Source: a virus. Taken from it: a stretch of 64,000 nucleotides of DNA. Below the pieces are notes generated by a model that was not told the DNA's origin, made no database searches, and saw only the letters and a list, made by a program, of their open reading frames with translations. How positions within the stretch are numbered: the first letter of the stretch is position 1; the number at the start of each line of letters is the position of its first letter. The stretch lies in the IMG/VR virus record IMGVR_UViG_3300017917_004503, positions 32,001-96,000 of that record; one strand, given 5' to 3'. The translations under genes were made by a program, and so were the position numbers. Positions 1 to 10,694 of this stretch are shown piece by piece.

Positions 1-2
1 TT

Positions 3-344
3 GAATCTTATTGGTCCGAATTGATGAAAGAAATTCCTACTAACTGTAGGATTTGGGGAGAAAGAAGCGATGTAGAATTATTTTATCAGGCAGCAGATCT
101 ATTTGTTTTCACCTCTAAACTCGAATTAAATCCACTGGTAATAAAGGAATCACTATCGTTTAAATTGCCATGTATGATTTACGATCTTCACACTTACAAG
201 GATGAGTATAAAAATAATCCACTCGTTTCTTTTTTAACACCCGATATGGAAAAAAATACCTTTAAAATTCTAGAAATTTTAGGGTTCGTGAAAAAAATTA
301 AGAAGAATTATGATAATCCACGAATCGTCAATTTCAATTTATAA
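3..344 (+). CDS. Glycosyltransferase (GT-B/GT4-like), C-terminal part; gene begins upstream of the window
   Basis: Frame is open from the window edge; FYQAADLFVFTSKLELNPLVIKESLS matches the GT4 D-x-F-x-x-x-S-x-x-E-x(7)-E motif. Confidence 0.75.
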   Translation, partial: ESYWSELMKEIPTNCRIWGERSDVELFYQAADLFVFTSKLELNPLVIKESLSFKLPCMIYDLHTYKDEYKNNPLVSFLTPDMEKNTFKILEILGFVKKIKKNYDNPRIVNFNL

Positions 345-1488
345 TGACATTGAAAAGTCTGATAATCACATTTTCAGTAATAAAATAAAAATCAAAATTT
401 GTTTTGATTATCTACCAAAAGTAACTATTGAATTTGGTGACTTTATGAGAGAACCTTATAAGGTCTATATGATCGAAAAATCTGGTCGAATTTTACACAC
501 TGATCAAATTTCAACCGGAATTTATACTTTAGCATTTAGAAGATGGATTGAAGACCTTGATATTTTAGTTTATGATAATAAAGATGCGTTAGTAAAAAAA
601 TTTAACCTCTTTGATAAAATAAAATCAGGAAAGGTTTTAATTGCGATTGAAAGTTCTTCATTAGGTGACACCTTAGCTTGGATCCCCTATGTCAATCAAT
701 TTATTGAGACTCATAATTGTTCTAATGCAACTGTTACTACTTTTTGGAATGATCTTTTTGAAGATCAGTATCCTGGATTTAATTTAAAATATCCAGGATA
801 CAGAGAAAATGACATTGATGTTCTTATCGGTGTTGGCTGGTATGATGAAGCAGATCCAAATAAGCATAAGATAGATCCTAGAACAGTCCCGCTTCAAAAG
901 GTTGCTTCTGATATTTTAGGTGTTGAATATTTGGGTGAAATCAAGCCTAGAATAAAATCAACAGGTAAAAGACCCACAGAGAAAACTAAAAATGTTTGTA
1001 TAGCTACCGAATCAACTGCTGCAGCTAAGCATTGGAATAATCCGAATGGATGGCAGGAGCTAATTAATCTTTTGACCCAATCCGGGTATGTTGTTAATGT
1101 GATACAAAAACAACCAACTCATCTATTGGATGTTGTTGATAAAACTGGTGATATTGACATAAGCGAAAGAATAAATGATTTGATTAATTGTGATTTTTTC
1201 ATTGGAATCGGATCTGGACTTTCTTGGTTAGCATGGAGTTTAGATGTTCCTGTTGTTTTAATCTCTGGTTTTAGTAAACCTTTTTGTGAGTTTAGCGATA
1301 AAACTCTCAGAATCATAGATGAGTCTGTGTGCAATGGCTGTTTCAACAATCCCCAGTATTTTTTCGACCGTGGAGATTGGATGTGGTGTCCCGTACATAA
1401 AGATACTGATAGACACTTTGAGTGTACCAAGGTAATCACTCCTTATCAGGTGTTTCGCCAAATAAATTTCTGGAAAAATACTTTATAA
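310..1488 (+). CDS. AAH/TibC-family (autotransporter O-heptosyltransferase-like) glycosyltransferase
   Basis: SSSLGDTLAWIPY, FFIGIGSGLSWLAW, VVLISGFS..FCEF, and four-Cys iron site CNGC...WCP...FEC typical of AAH/TibC. Confidence 0.8.
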   Translation: MIIHESSISIYNDIEKSDNHIFSNKIKIKICFDYLPKVTIEFGDFMREPYKVYMIEKSGRILHTDQISTGIYTLAFRRWIEDLDILVYDNKDALVKKFNLFDKIKSGKVLIAIESSSLGDTLAWIPYVNQFIETHNCSNATVTTFWNDLFEDQYPGFNLKYPGYRENDIDVLIGVGWYDEADPNKHKIDPRTVPLQKVASDILGVEYLGEIKPRIKSTGKRPTEKTKNVCIATESTAAAKHWNNPNGWQELINLLTQSGYVVNVIQKQPTHLLDVVDKTGDIDISERINDLINCDFFIGIGSGLSWLAWSLDVPVVLISGFSKPFCEFSDKTLRIIDESVCNGCFNNPQYFFDRGDWMWCPVHKDTDRHFECTKVITPYQVFRQINFWKNTL

Positions 1489-1508
1489 GACCTGATAAAT
1501 CGTTCAGG

Positions 1509-1520
1509 GATATATAAATA
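1509..1520 (+). promoter_or_regulatory. Late promoter GATATATA (overlaps an exact T4 TATAAATA)
   Basis: GATATATAAATA 13 nt upstream of the ATG at 1534; motif recurs before most structural genes. Confidence 0.7.
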
Positions 1521-1533
1521 AAAGAAAACACTG

Positions 1534-4023
1534 ATGAGTTTTTACCCTGAAGATAAATTTCCTAAAGAAGGTAATCCTGTTTATAACGGGAATGGTGAGC
1601 AGTACAACTTGACTGATCAAAGATATGAATACCACGATGGACTGCAGAACACTGAAAAGATAAAAGAATCATCGGTTGATAATCTGTTTTCGACCATCGA
1701 TGCCGCTAAGGCTAGATCTCTTCAGATAGGTTGCGGTGGATATCACACTGTAGTTATAAAGGGAGTTACCTATTATAAACCATGTGAAACCCCCGAATAT
1801 TACGCTATAAGATTAGAACAGTTAGAAAGCGCTCTGAATTTCACATATATTGGAAATTATAGAGTTCTGAGCTGGGATTCTCCATTTGAGTATGTTACTA
1901 AATTTAATGGCTGGATAATAGATACAGGATCTAGTTTAGATTATGGATCTATTACAGATGCAAATGATATTGCAATTGATTTTAGATACAGCATTGACGG
2001 AATCACTTGGTCTTTGTGGACAAATGTTGGTACTGCTAAGGGTGGATTGACTAATGAATTTTCGGAGCTTTTTGAAATATCACTAGATCCAGAGAATAAA
2101 TTTTATCCAGAGTTTAGATTTACCTCGGTTCTTGTAAATAATGATGGAACTATAATATATCAAACTGATGAACCAATAGATCCTAATGTAACTATATTAA
2201 ATTTTGATCTAGATCTCGAGTATGCACCAACCCCCGAAAAGATTATAAAAAAACCAGTTGCTATTTGCTCTAATGAGGTTTCAAATAGACCAGTTATATT
2301 TTCAGATTGTAATTTTACTTTTAATCCATATGCTGTAAATAGAGCACTAAATTTATATCAAGATCTGAGTAAAATGGTTAACAGGGTTTTTGGATTGGAT
2401 GTAAATTATTATTCAATACAGCCTCAAGCAAGGGGCAAAGATGTAATACTCAAAGAGTATACATTATTCAATGTAGTTTCTGAAAAGTGTATTAAGGTAA
2501 TGGTACCACAGAACCAATTTCCTGATAATAAAATAAACTTTGATCCCTTTGGACTTAATTTCGATTCTCCGTTCGAAGTTCAGATTGATAAGAGATACTT
2601 TGAAACTATTTTCGGTAGGGGATCACAGCCTAGAAAACGTGATATTATTTACTTTCCACTCACTAACAGAATTTATGAAATAAACTCGACATATTTATTT
2701 AGAGATTTCATGAACTCTCCTGTTTATTTTAAAATGGAACTCCAAAAATATAATCCTAGAAGTAACACATTCTTTCAGGATCCTGCTTATAAAGAGGAAT
2801 TGGATGGTATTGCTTTAACAACTTCTGAATTGTTTGGCGAAGAAACAAGATCTGAAGAAATCCAAGTTTCTAAACCCCAACAATATGCTACGACAATAAC
2901 TCAAATGTCACAGGATCCTATTAGATCTTATATTTATGAGGATCTTCCGATAATCGAATATGATCTAAATAATAACTGGACCATAGTATTAAATAACTAT
3001 TACGATTTATCTGAAGCGTTCTATGATGTTTCGGAGTTTCAATATGATCCTAGAAGATATAAAACTGGTGTAAAATATAAATCTTTACCAAAGTTAACAT
3101 CGAGTGAGGAATTAGCTTTTACTTGTTGGTTTAGCTTAAGAGATTTTTATGACAATACTAAAATGGTAAAAAGACCATATCCCATCTTAAATGCAACGTT
3201 AGAAAGTTCAGATTCAGATTATCTTTATTTTAGCACATATCCACAAAGACACAGACTGGAAAAATGGGAGTCTTACGCTTCTAATCCTGAAGGCTACGTA
3301 GCAGTAAAAGGTGATAAATTGCATTCTGGCGGATATGAAGTCCTTGATGTTATTGATGAATATAGATTTAAGGTAAAGAATAATTCTACAAATTTCTCTC
3401 AGGGAACTATAGTATGGAAAGTTCAAAAAGCCCAAAGTAGAAATTTAATTAGTGGTTTATATGAAGACTCCGATGGTAATATTAAGGGTATTCGCGTCGA
3501 TCTTATACATTCTGGTGTAATGGACGAAAGCACAAATCCTTTCTTGGGACAAGGTTCTTTAGTGATTCGATTGAATGATACCATTATAAATTCTGGACTC
3601 CAATTTACACCAGAATTTGGAGATTGGTATGGCGTTGTTGTGAATGTTTCAAACATTTATAAACAAATAGCTGCCACTGTATGGGGCTTAACATATGATC
3701 CTGTTGATCCTAATGAGCAATCTAGTAAACTTAAAAAACTCCATGATGAGGTAAGAATGTTTACTGACCCTATTATTTTTGATGCACCTAGTGACAAAAT
3801 CACAGATAAATATAGTCCACTTTACGGAACTGAGCTGAATTCTTATAAAGTTTTCACCGGACCCATTTGGCTAAGTAATATTAGATTGTTCAAAAAAATG
3901 ATTGATGTTGATACTCAATCAACAGTTTTAAATCAAAATGTTGTTAGAGATGCTCAGCTTGCCCATATTATAGATAACGCCAAACCACTTTTAAATATTC
4001 CAAAGTTTGCTAGAAATAGATAA
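1534..4023 (+). CDS. Neck/head-closure protein, T4 gp14-like core with N- and C-terminal extra domains
   Basis: FGLDVNYY...FDPFGLNFDSPFEVQIDKRYFE...QPRKRDIIYFPLTNRIYEI resembles gp14; lies directly before the terminase genes. Confidence 0.65.
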   Translation: MSFYPEDKFPKEGNPVYNGNGEQYNLTDQRYEYHDGLQNTEKIKESSVDNLFSTIDAAKARSLQIGCGGYHTVVIKGVTYYKPCETPEYYAIRLEQLESALNFTYIGNYRVLSWDSPFEYVTKFNGWIIDTGSSLDYGSITDANDIAIDFRYSIDGITWSLWTNVGTAKGGLTNEFSELFEISLDPENKFYPEFRFTSVLVNNDGTIIYQTDEPIDPNVTILNFDLDLEYAPTPEKIIKKPVAICSNEVSNRPVIFSDCNFTFNPYAVNRALNLYQDLSKMVNRVFGLDVNYYSIQPQARGKDVILKEYTLFNVVSEKCIKVMVPQNQFPDNKINFDPFGLNFDSPFEVQIDKRYFETIFGRGSQPRKRDIIYFPLTNRIYEINSTYLFRDFMNSPVYFKMELQKYNPRSNTFFQDPAYKEELDGIALTTSELFGEETRSEEIQVSKPQQYATTITQMSQDPIRSYIYEDLPIIEYDLNNNWTIVLNNYYDLSEAFYDVSEFQYDPRRYKTGVKYKSLPKLTSSEELAFTCWFSLRDFYDNTKMVKRPYPILNATLESSDSDYLYFSTYPQRHRLEKWESYASNPEGYVAVKGDKLHSGGYEVLDVIDEYRFKVKNNSTNFSQGTIVWKVQKAQSRNLISGLYEDSDGNIKGIRVDLIHSGVMDESTNPFLGQGSLVIRLNDTIINSGLQFTPEFGDWYGVVVNVSNIYKQIAATVWGLTYDPVDPNEQSSKLKKLHDEVRMFTDPIIFDAPSDKITDKYSPLYGTELNSYKVFTGPIWLSNIRLFKKMIDVDTQSTVLNQNVVRDAQLAHIIDNAKPLLNIPKFARNR

Positions 4024-4026
4024 TTT

Positions 4027-4812
4027 ATGCCAAGAAGAAAACCTAAACCGGAAAAAATAATCCAAGAAAAGATCAAGGAGAATCTAGATTCCATTATTAT
4101 GGAAGAAGCTTTAGATTCTTTGACTGTAGATGTCCAAGATTTACCTAGATTGAAAACCTCAGAATTAATGAATTTCGCTGAGGAAAAACTAACAGCTTTA
4201 ACTGATGCTAGATCTTTATTAGATAAAGTTGCTGAATTTTATGTAGATCCAGGATCACATGGAAACCCAGAAATATTAGAGCTAAAAAAGAAAGTTGATG
4301 CTACAAACATTTCTGCAATGATGTTCCAGATGAAATCTGCACAGCATGCCATCACTAAACTCTTAGAGGAAATAGAGCTGGGTAATATGCACCCTCGACT
4401 TTTTGAAGTCCTAGCTCAACTACAATCACAGATAATGCAAATGCCTAAGGATTATCAACAGTATCTGGAAAAGATGGAAGCAAACTATAAAAAAGTAAAC
4501 ACTGAACTTGAAGAAAAGAAACATCAAGGTGGGGTACTAATGCAACCTTCTCAATCAGAAGACAACTCTTATATAGCTGGAAGTCAGAATCAATCTGGAG
4601 AAGGCATAAAATCGAGAGGAACTAGAGGAATTATGGAAGGAATTCGAAGTATACTCGGAACAGAGGTCGTTGATATTAAACCAATAGAAGTTTCCGAAAA
4701 TGCCGTTGTTAACGCCAAACAAAAAAGAATCCTAGATCAGAGAAACGGAGAAGTTGAACCCGATGATCATAACGATACGAGTTTTTTTGTTGAGGATGAA
4801 ATAATAGAATAA
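4027..4812 (+). CDS. Terminase small subunit (gp16-like)
   Basis: HPRLFEVLAQL motif of T4-like small terminases; immediately upstream of TerL. Confidence 0.7.
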   Translation: MPRRKPKPEKIIQEKIKENLDSIIMEEALDSLTVDVQDLPRLKTSELMNFAEEKLTALTDARSLLDKVAEFYVDPGSHGNPEILELKKKVDATNISAMMFQMKSAQHAITKLLEEIELGNMHPRLFEVLAQLQSQIMQMPKDYQQYLEKMEANYKKVNTELEEKKHQGGVLMQPSQSEDNSYIAGSQNQSGEGIKSRGTRGIMEGIRSILGTEVVDIKPIEVSENAVVNAKQKRILDQRNGEVEPDDHNDTSFFVEDEIIE

Positions 4813-4813
4813 T

Positions 4814-6658
4814 ATGTTTTCTGATAATATAAAAGACGGAAAAAAAGATGTTCTTCAGGATGAAAGTAACGTTTGGAGTACTTTAAGAGTAAATGATCTT
4901 TTAAGAAGAATTGATGAGGAGGGTCTGGATTATAAAGAAGTTGATAATCCTTTTCATGATCAGAATCCTGAATTAAAGAGAGCAAATATCTTATGGGAAT
5001 ATACTCCCGAAGAGATAATGGAGATTAAAAAATGTGCTGAGGATGTAACGTACTTTTCTAAGTATTGTCAGGTAATGACTGACGAGGGACTTTCTTATAT
5101 TAGATTGAGAGACTACCAAGTTTCTGTCCTTAGAGAATATCAAGCAAACAGGTTTAATGTTTTTTTAGCCCCACGACAGGTTGGTAAATCGATTACATCT
5201 TCAATTATCTTAGTGTGGTATTTGTTATTCAATCATGATAAAAACGCCATGATTTTAGCAAACGTCGGTGACACTGCAGAAGAATTAATGGATAAGATCA
5301 AGTCGATTATAAAGGGCTTGCCTTTCTTCCTTAAACCTGGAATGGTTGTGAATAATGTTATGTCGATGAGATTCGATAACGGATGTAGAATTTTAGCAAA
5401 AACTACTACCAAAACTTCAGGTATTGGTTTTACTATTCACTTTTTGTATATGGACGAATTTGCCCATATCAATCCAAATTTCATCGAAGCTTTTTTCAGA
5501 TCAACTTATCCAACAGTATCATCTTCTAAAGTCTCTAGAATTATTATCACATCAACACCTAACGGCCTGAATAAATTTCATGAGATTTATCAAGGTGCAC
5601 TAACAGGAGAAAATAGTTTTAATCCCATCCGGGTTGATTGGTGGCAGGTTCCGGGCAGGGATGAGGCTTGGAAACAAAAAGAAATTGGTAACTTAGGTAG
5701 CGAAGAGCTGTTCAACCAGGAGTATGGTAATCAATTTCTGAGCTCGTCTTCCCTCCTTTTAGGATCTAATGAGCTTTTGAAAATTAAAGCTAATCAGACT
5801 GATTATATTTGGAAGGAGATTGACGTCTTACACAATAATGATATAAAATATGAAAATTTATTGTGGCATCCGAAATTTAATCTCGATTTAGCAGATTCTC
5901 CTGGTAAAAAATTTGTTTTAACGATCGATATAAGTGGTGGAGTTAAGGGTGATTTTACAGTTGTTAATATTTTTAAAGTTACACCTTTACCTAAAAATAA
6001 AATTATATCTTTGACTGAATATGAAGATGAATCTGATTTTTTCGGATTGGTTCAGATTGGTATTTTTAGAGATAATGAGATTAAATTAGAAGACCTTGTT
6101 AAACTTGTAAAAGGCTTAGTCAAATCTTTGGGTATAGATAGAGTCAAAATGGCTATTGAAATGAATTTCAAGGGTGAGCTTCTTTATGATAAACTAATTT
6201 CCGATGATGACTATTACGACGAGATGTTTTTATTTACTAAACACTCAGAAGGATCTAAAGTAATGAAGCCAGGAATTAAGTATAATGAAAAGAATAAATT
6301 AAAGTATTGTGAATTGCTGAGAAGTCTGGTTAGAGAAGGAAAAATATTAATAAATGATAAAAAATGGACAATTCCTGAGCTTTTTACATTTGGACTCAAT
6401 AATAGAGGAACATATTCTAGTCAAACTGGACACGACGATGTTGCTATGACTTTGGTTAACCTCCCTGCCCTTTTTGATGGTTATGATTTCAATCAATTGG
6501 TTGGTGATGTGTTCGATGAGCTAGAAAACGAATACAAAGAATTGATTATCCAAAAATTAGAGATGAATTTAAATGGTGATCCCGAAGACCCGTATTCTTC
6601 AAGAGGACCCGTTACCAAGGATGGCAAAAATTATAGCGGATTCAGCAATTTGATGTAA
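4814..6658 (+). CDS. terL: Terminase large subunit (gp17)
   Basis: LRDYQ, Walker A PRQVGKS, Walker B YMDEFAH, ITSTPNG, FNQEY, nuclease IDISGG..GDF and HDD. Confidence 0.95.
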   Translation: MFSDNIKDGKKDVLQDESNVWSTLRVNDLLRRIDEEGLDYKEVDNPFHDQNPELKRANILWEYTPEEIMEIKKCAEDVTYFSKYCQVMTDEGLSYIRLRDYQVSVLREYQANRFNVFLAPRQVGKSITSSIILVWYLLFNHDKNAMILANVGDTAEELMDKIKSIIKGLPFFLKPGMVVNNVMSMRFDNGCRILAKTTTKTSGIGFTIHFLYMDEFAHINPNFIEAFFRSTYPTVSSSKVSRIIITSTPNGLNKFHEIYQGALTGENSFNPIRVDWWQVPGRDEAWKQKEIGNLGSEELFNQEYGNQFLSSSSLLLGSNELLKIKANQTDYIWKEIDVLHNNDIKYENLLWHPKFNLDLADSPGKKFVLTIDISGGVKGDFTVVNIFKVTPLPKNKIISLTEYEDESDFFGLVQIGIFRDNEIKLEDLVKLVKGLVKSLGIDRVKMAIEMNFKGELLYDKLISDDDYYDEMFLFTKHSEGSKVMKPGIKYNEKNKLKYCELLRSLVREGKILINDKKWTIPELFTFGLNNRGTYSSQTGHDDVAMTLVNLPALFDGYDFNQLVGDVFDELENEYKELIIQKLEMNLNGDPEDPYSSRGPVTKDGKNYSGFSNLM

Positions 6659-6695
6659 CTACATCTTACGGATCAAATATTCAAATTTTTTTTTC

Positions 6696-6703
6696 GATAT
6701 ATA
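6696..6703 (+). promoter_or_regulatory. Late promoter GATATATA upstream of sheath
   Basis: Exact motif 30 nt before the ATG at 6734. Confidence 0.7.
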
Positions 6704-6733
6704 GCTATGAGCATAAAAATATCTTAAACAATA

Positions 6734-9700
6734 ATGGCAAATAAGGTTAAAATAGACTACTCACAGTTTAGAGCATCAGGGGTTTACACCCTCGAATTTG
6801 ACGCGTCACAAAACGTCATTTTAACTTCTCAAACTATCAGATTAGTTGTTGGGTTCTCTAATAAAGGACCTTTTAATACACCGGTTTATATCCCAGATCC
6901 AACTACAATGGTATCAATTTTTGGTGACATTGACCGATCTCTAGAAAACAGAGGATCTTTTTTCCAAAGATCTATTCTTACCTGTCTAAATGCTGGTCCT
7001 GTTTTCGCTTTAAATCTTTTAAAATTAAATGACGATCTAGAGTCTGCTAGTCCGGATGAAGTTGATTACAGATCATTCTCTGTTGATACTGAAGAATACA
7101 ACGGTGTGTTAACCAATGAATTATACTCTTCTTACTATAACAAAGAAAGATTTTGGTATGCCGATCCTGCATACTTCTTAGCTACTCTTAGCGTTGCTGA
7201 TACCGGAAAAATTCTTAGCTTAACCAATCTTGGTAAATCGCCATGTAGTGTTATTATTAGAAAGTCTACAGATTCATCGAAGCCCCTCAAAGGATATGAT
7301 ATTTTTGCAATAGACTGGTACGGAGCTAACAACGTTCCTACTTTCATGCACCCATATGATTATATGTCTGATTATTTCATTGACATAATCGCTGTATCTG
7401 GTAATTGGACAAATTATTCTGCTTTGTCTGTTGATCCCGAGTGGGCTCAATATTTCACACCGAATGGATTTATAAAGAGTCAAATTGATAACTTCTTATC
7501 TAACCAGAACGTAAATATTGTAATTTCAGTCACTGGATGTATTATCCCTGATTTTGTTGATCTTAATGGGGTGAATCAATACATACAGACATTAGTTAAT
7601 AATGATACACCTTCTACCGGTTTATTCTGTGCTATTGACGAACAAGCTTTTGATGATATTTGTCAAAATCCTTCTAAAATCGATTTAGTTGGTAATCACT
7701 TAATTGATGAACTTACAGGTAATAGGGATTTATCTACTCCTAGAATTAATTTCTTAAGTTATGATCAAGTTCTTGTAGCTGATTATCTCTACACCCAAAA
7801 CGTAATAGGTGTAACCGGTTCTACTGGTTTTATTGGCCCTACTGGAGTTACTGGATATAGCTCAGGGGTTAAAATCGGAACTCTATTCGCTATAGGTGCT
7901 GGACAAACAGCTGGTGTTGCATATCAATCATTTGAACCCTATGACTCTAGTGCTTATGACGCAGGATCACACTATTTGCAAACATCAGGAACTGGTGGAA
8001 CTGCAGGATATTTTGTTACCTCTACTCAGAAAAATGAGCTCAAGACTTTCTTAACTGTTAACTCATCAGATGATCAAAAATTTGTTTTAGGTATCGTTAA
8101 TGGAATGTCTGGAGCAACAGGATCTTTAGTAAGCCAATTTTCTAATTTTGATCTTGTTAAATTGAAAGTAACAGGAACTAAAGATGTGAGCGGAGAACTT
8201 AGAATTTTCTGGTCTCATCCTTTAGATACTTCTTTCTATAGATCACAAGGAATTACGGTTACCCCTGTTTATCAAGTTACTTCTTATAACACTGGTGCTT
8301 CAGGATCAAATAAACCATTCTATACAGATTCATATCAATTTGGTGATTCTGATTACATTGATATTGTGAGTGCAACAACCCCTGACGGTGTTACTGGACC
8401 TAACGCTCCACTTGGTGTTTCTAATGTTCTTCAAGGATATAATTCTTCAGATTTATTCCAAGATTCTAAATATGATGAGATTGCAGATGGCGATTTAGTT
8501 TGGTTAAACTCTTCAGGATCTAGTGTTAATTACCTAAGTTTTGAGGCAGGAGTTGATAGAGATCAGTTTGATTTCGTGAATGTTAGATCTCATACCAATG
8601 TTTCTTTATCCGAAACAACTATAAATAATATAGCAAACTTTGCTACGATGTATGCTTCTGATAATATAGGTTCACCTGTATCTTCTCAGAAATTCGACAT
8701 CATATCACAAGAAGGATCTATAAATTCTTTCATAGAATGTACTAGAATTGATACAACTTCATTTTATGTAAATGAAGATTCAAATGGAAATGTGCCTTTC
8801 TCTGTTGGAGATTTGGTAGTTTCCACTGATCTTGATATCTGCGTTCCAGCTTCAGGAAATCAGCAAAACAGATTGTCTAAAATTACTGTAGTAGCCCAAA
8901 CCACAACAGCAGGACAATATAGAGTGGTTTCTTCAAGACCTGTATTATTCTATTCAAGCGCAGGAACTGGATTCAGAGTTCAAAAATTCCAATCGATAGC
9001 TCAGTTTACTAGATCTTTTGATTTTACATATCTTTCAGGATTTACAATGAAAGAAAGTCACAGACCAAATGGAAGTGACGCTAGAATATCTGAGATATTA
9101 AATGTCATGTATGACACCAATATAGCTAAAACACTTGCTTCTAAGGATGTTATTTCATTTAGATATATTGTTGACACTTTCTCTGGACAGATTCTTCCTA
9201 ATTCGAAGTATCAGCTTTCAAGACTGGCTAAATTGAGACAACAGGCTTTGGCATTAATCAATGCTCCTTCAATGGCTCAGTTCCAGGCAAGTACAGATCC
9301 TAGATTTACTAATGCTCCTACCGCAGCTAATCCGTACCCTAGTTTGAATACTTCTTATATCGTAGACGGAGGTAATCTCTCATTAAATCCAAGCTATACA
9401 TTTAGCTTACCTTCTGAAGAAGAAGGATCTAAATTTGCAGCTTTCTATTCTCCTTATATTACGATCAGAGAAACTAACAGAAATATAAACGTTCCACCAT
9501 CAGCGATGGTTTCTAATAATTTCGTTAGAAAGTTCGCAAACGGAGAACCTTATGCTATTATAGCAGGTCAGAAAAGAGGTATATTAAGTGGAGGCGGAAA
9601 TATAGTAGGTGTAGAATATGACTTCACTGACGAAGATAGAGGAAATCTTGAACCTTTTGGTATTAATCCAATTATCAAGAGAAGAGGAGTTGGAGTGGTT

Positions 9701-10081
9701 ATTTTCGGTAATCAAACAGCTTACCAACAAGTGAATTCAGCCTTCAATCTTGTACACGTTAGAGATTTGCTTATTAGTGTAGAAACCGATGTTCAAACAA
9801 TTTTATCTAACTATCTCTTTGATTTCAACGAGGATAGTATTAGACTCGAGATCAAGACTTTGGTTGATAATTATCTTGACGGTGTAAGAGCAGGAGGAGG
9901 TATTTATCAATACCAAACAATCATGGATGCTTCTAATAACACACCAGCAATTATCGATATGAATATGGGTGTAATAGATGTTATTATTGAACCTGCAAGA
10001 GGAATACAGAAATTCATCAATAGAATTACAGTTACAAGAACTGGAGGAATCTCTTCTGGAGGATTTATCCAATTCGTGTAA
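6734..10081 (+). CDS. Contractile tail sheath protein (gp18)
   Basis: N-terminal SGVYTLEFD/VGFSNKGPFNTP; C-terminal GINPI, IFGNQT, VHVRDLL, YLFDFN sheath motifs. Confidence 0.93.
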   Translation: MANKVKIDYSQFRASGVYTLEFDASQNVILTSQTIRLVVGFSNKGPFNTPVYIPDPTTMVSIFGDIDRSLENRGSFFQRSILTCLNAGPVFALNLLKLNDDLESASPDEVDYRSFSVDTEEYNGVLTNELYSSYYNKERFWYADPAYFLATLSVADTGKILSLTNLGKSPCSVIIRKSTDSSKPLKGYDIFAIDWYGANNVPTFMHPYDYMSDYFIDIIAVSGNWTNYSALSVDPEWAQYFTPNGFIKSQIDNFLSNQNVNIVISVTGCIIPDFVDLNGVNQYIQTLVNNDTPSTGLFCAIDEQAFDDICQNPSKIDLVGNHLIDELTGNRDLSTPRINFLSYDQVLVADYLYTQNVIGVTGSTGFIGPTGVTGYSSGVKIGTLFAIGAGQTAGVAYQSFEPYDSSAYDAGSHYLQTSGTGGTAGYFVTSTQKNELKTFLTVNSSDDQKFVLGIVNGMSGATGSLVSQFSNFDLVKLKVTGTKDVSGELRIFWSHPLDTSFYRSQGITVTPVYQVTSYNTGASGSNKPFYTDSYQFGDSDYIDIVSATTPDGVTGPNAPLGVSNVLQGYNSSDLFQDSKYDEIADGDLVWLNSSGSSVNYLSFEAGVDRDQFDFVNVRSHTNVSLSETTINNIANFATMYASDNIGSPVSSQKFDIISQEGSINSFIECTRIDTTSFYVNEDSNGNVPFSVGDLVVSTDLDICVPASGNQQNRLSKITVVAQTTTAGQYRVVSSRPVLFYSSAGTGFRVQKFQSIAQFTRSFDFTYLSGFTMKESHRPNGSDARISEILNVMYDTNIAKTLASKDVISFRYIVDTFSGQILPNSKYQLSRLAKLRQQALALINAPSMAQFQASTDPRFTNAPTAANPYPSLNTSYIVDGGNLSLNPSYTFSLPSEEEGSKFAAFYSPYITIRETNRNINVPPSAMVSNNFVRKFANGEPYAIIAGQKRGILSGGGNIVGVEYDFTDEDRGNLEPFGINPIIKRRGVGVVIFGNQTAYQQVNSAFNLVHVRDLLISVETDVQTILSNYLFDFNEDSIRLEIKTLVDNYLDGVRAGGGIYQYQTIMDASNNTPAIIDMNMGVIDVIIEPARGIQKFINRITVTRTGGISSGGFIQFV

Positions 10082-10122
10082 ATTTTGATCAATTTCTAGA
10101 TAAAAGATAAATATAAAAGAAT

Positions 10123-10677
10123 ATGGCAGGATTACCACATTATCAGAACTCACTCTCTGCAACCAATAGGTTTGAACCTGTTTACCTCAACCAGTTTGAG
10201 GTAACAGTTATACCACCAGCGGCTGTTTTGGGAGGAGAGATACTTTTACAGCATGTTACCAAAGTAAGTGGCTTATCTTTGGATAAGAATCCTGGATTAG
10301 TTACTCAGAAGTATAAATTCGCTAAAAGAAACTATGCAGGATCTAAACCGGATAATACTTATATGGATCTAAGCTTAAGTTTTACAGTTAACTTGAACGA
10401 TGACAATTCAATGTATGTTTTTAAGACTTTAAGACAATGGAGTGATTTGATCTATAACCCTTTAACCGGTGCAATGGGATTAAAGAACGATTATGTAGGG
10501 ACTTTAGTTGTTTCTATTTATAATAAACAGGGAGATGTTTTCAGAAGGATAACTTGCAGAGATTGTTACCCAACAAAGCCTGTTAATCCTATGAATCTAA
10601 ATTACACCTCGACTGACATTTATAAAATAGATGACATGACTTGGGCGGTTGATTACTGGGAAGATCTATTCTTATAA
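10123..10677 (+). CDS. Tail tube protein (gp19-like), copy 1
   Basis: Directly after sheath; N.FEV, LRQWSDLI, DCYPT..., TWAVDYW tube motifs; about 185 aa. Confidence 0.85.
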   Translation: MAGLPHYQNSLSATNRFEPVYLNQFEVTVIPPAAVLGGEILLQHVTKVSGLSLDKNPGLVTQKYKFAKRNYAGSKPDNTYMDLSLSFTVNLNDDNSMYVFKTLRQWSDLIYNPLTGAMGLKNDYVGTLVVSIYNKQGDVFRRITCRDCYPTKPVNPMNLNYTSTDIYKIDDMTWAVDYWEDLFL

Positions 10678-10694
10678 AAAAAGATTGAAACTAA

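Noticed and set aside
4814-6658. Intein or intron in the terminase
   Set aside because: Motifs are contiguous and no splicing or homing-endonuclease signatures are visible
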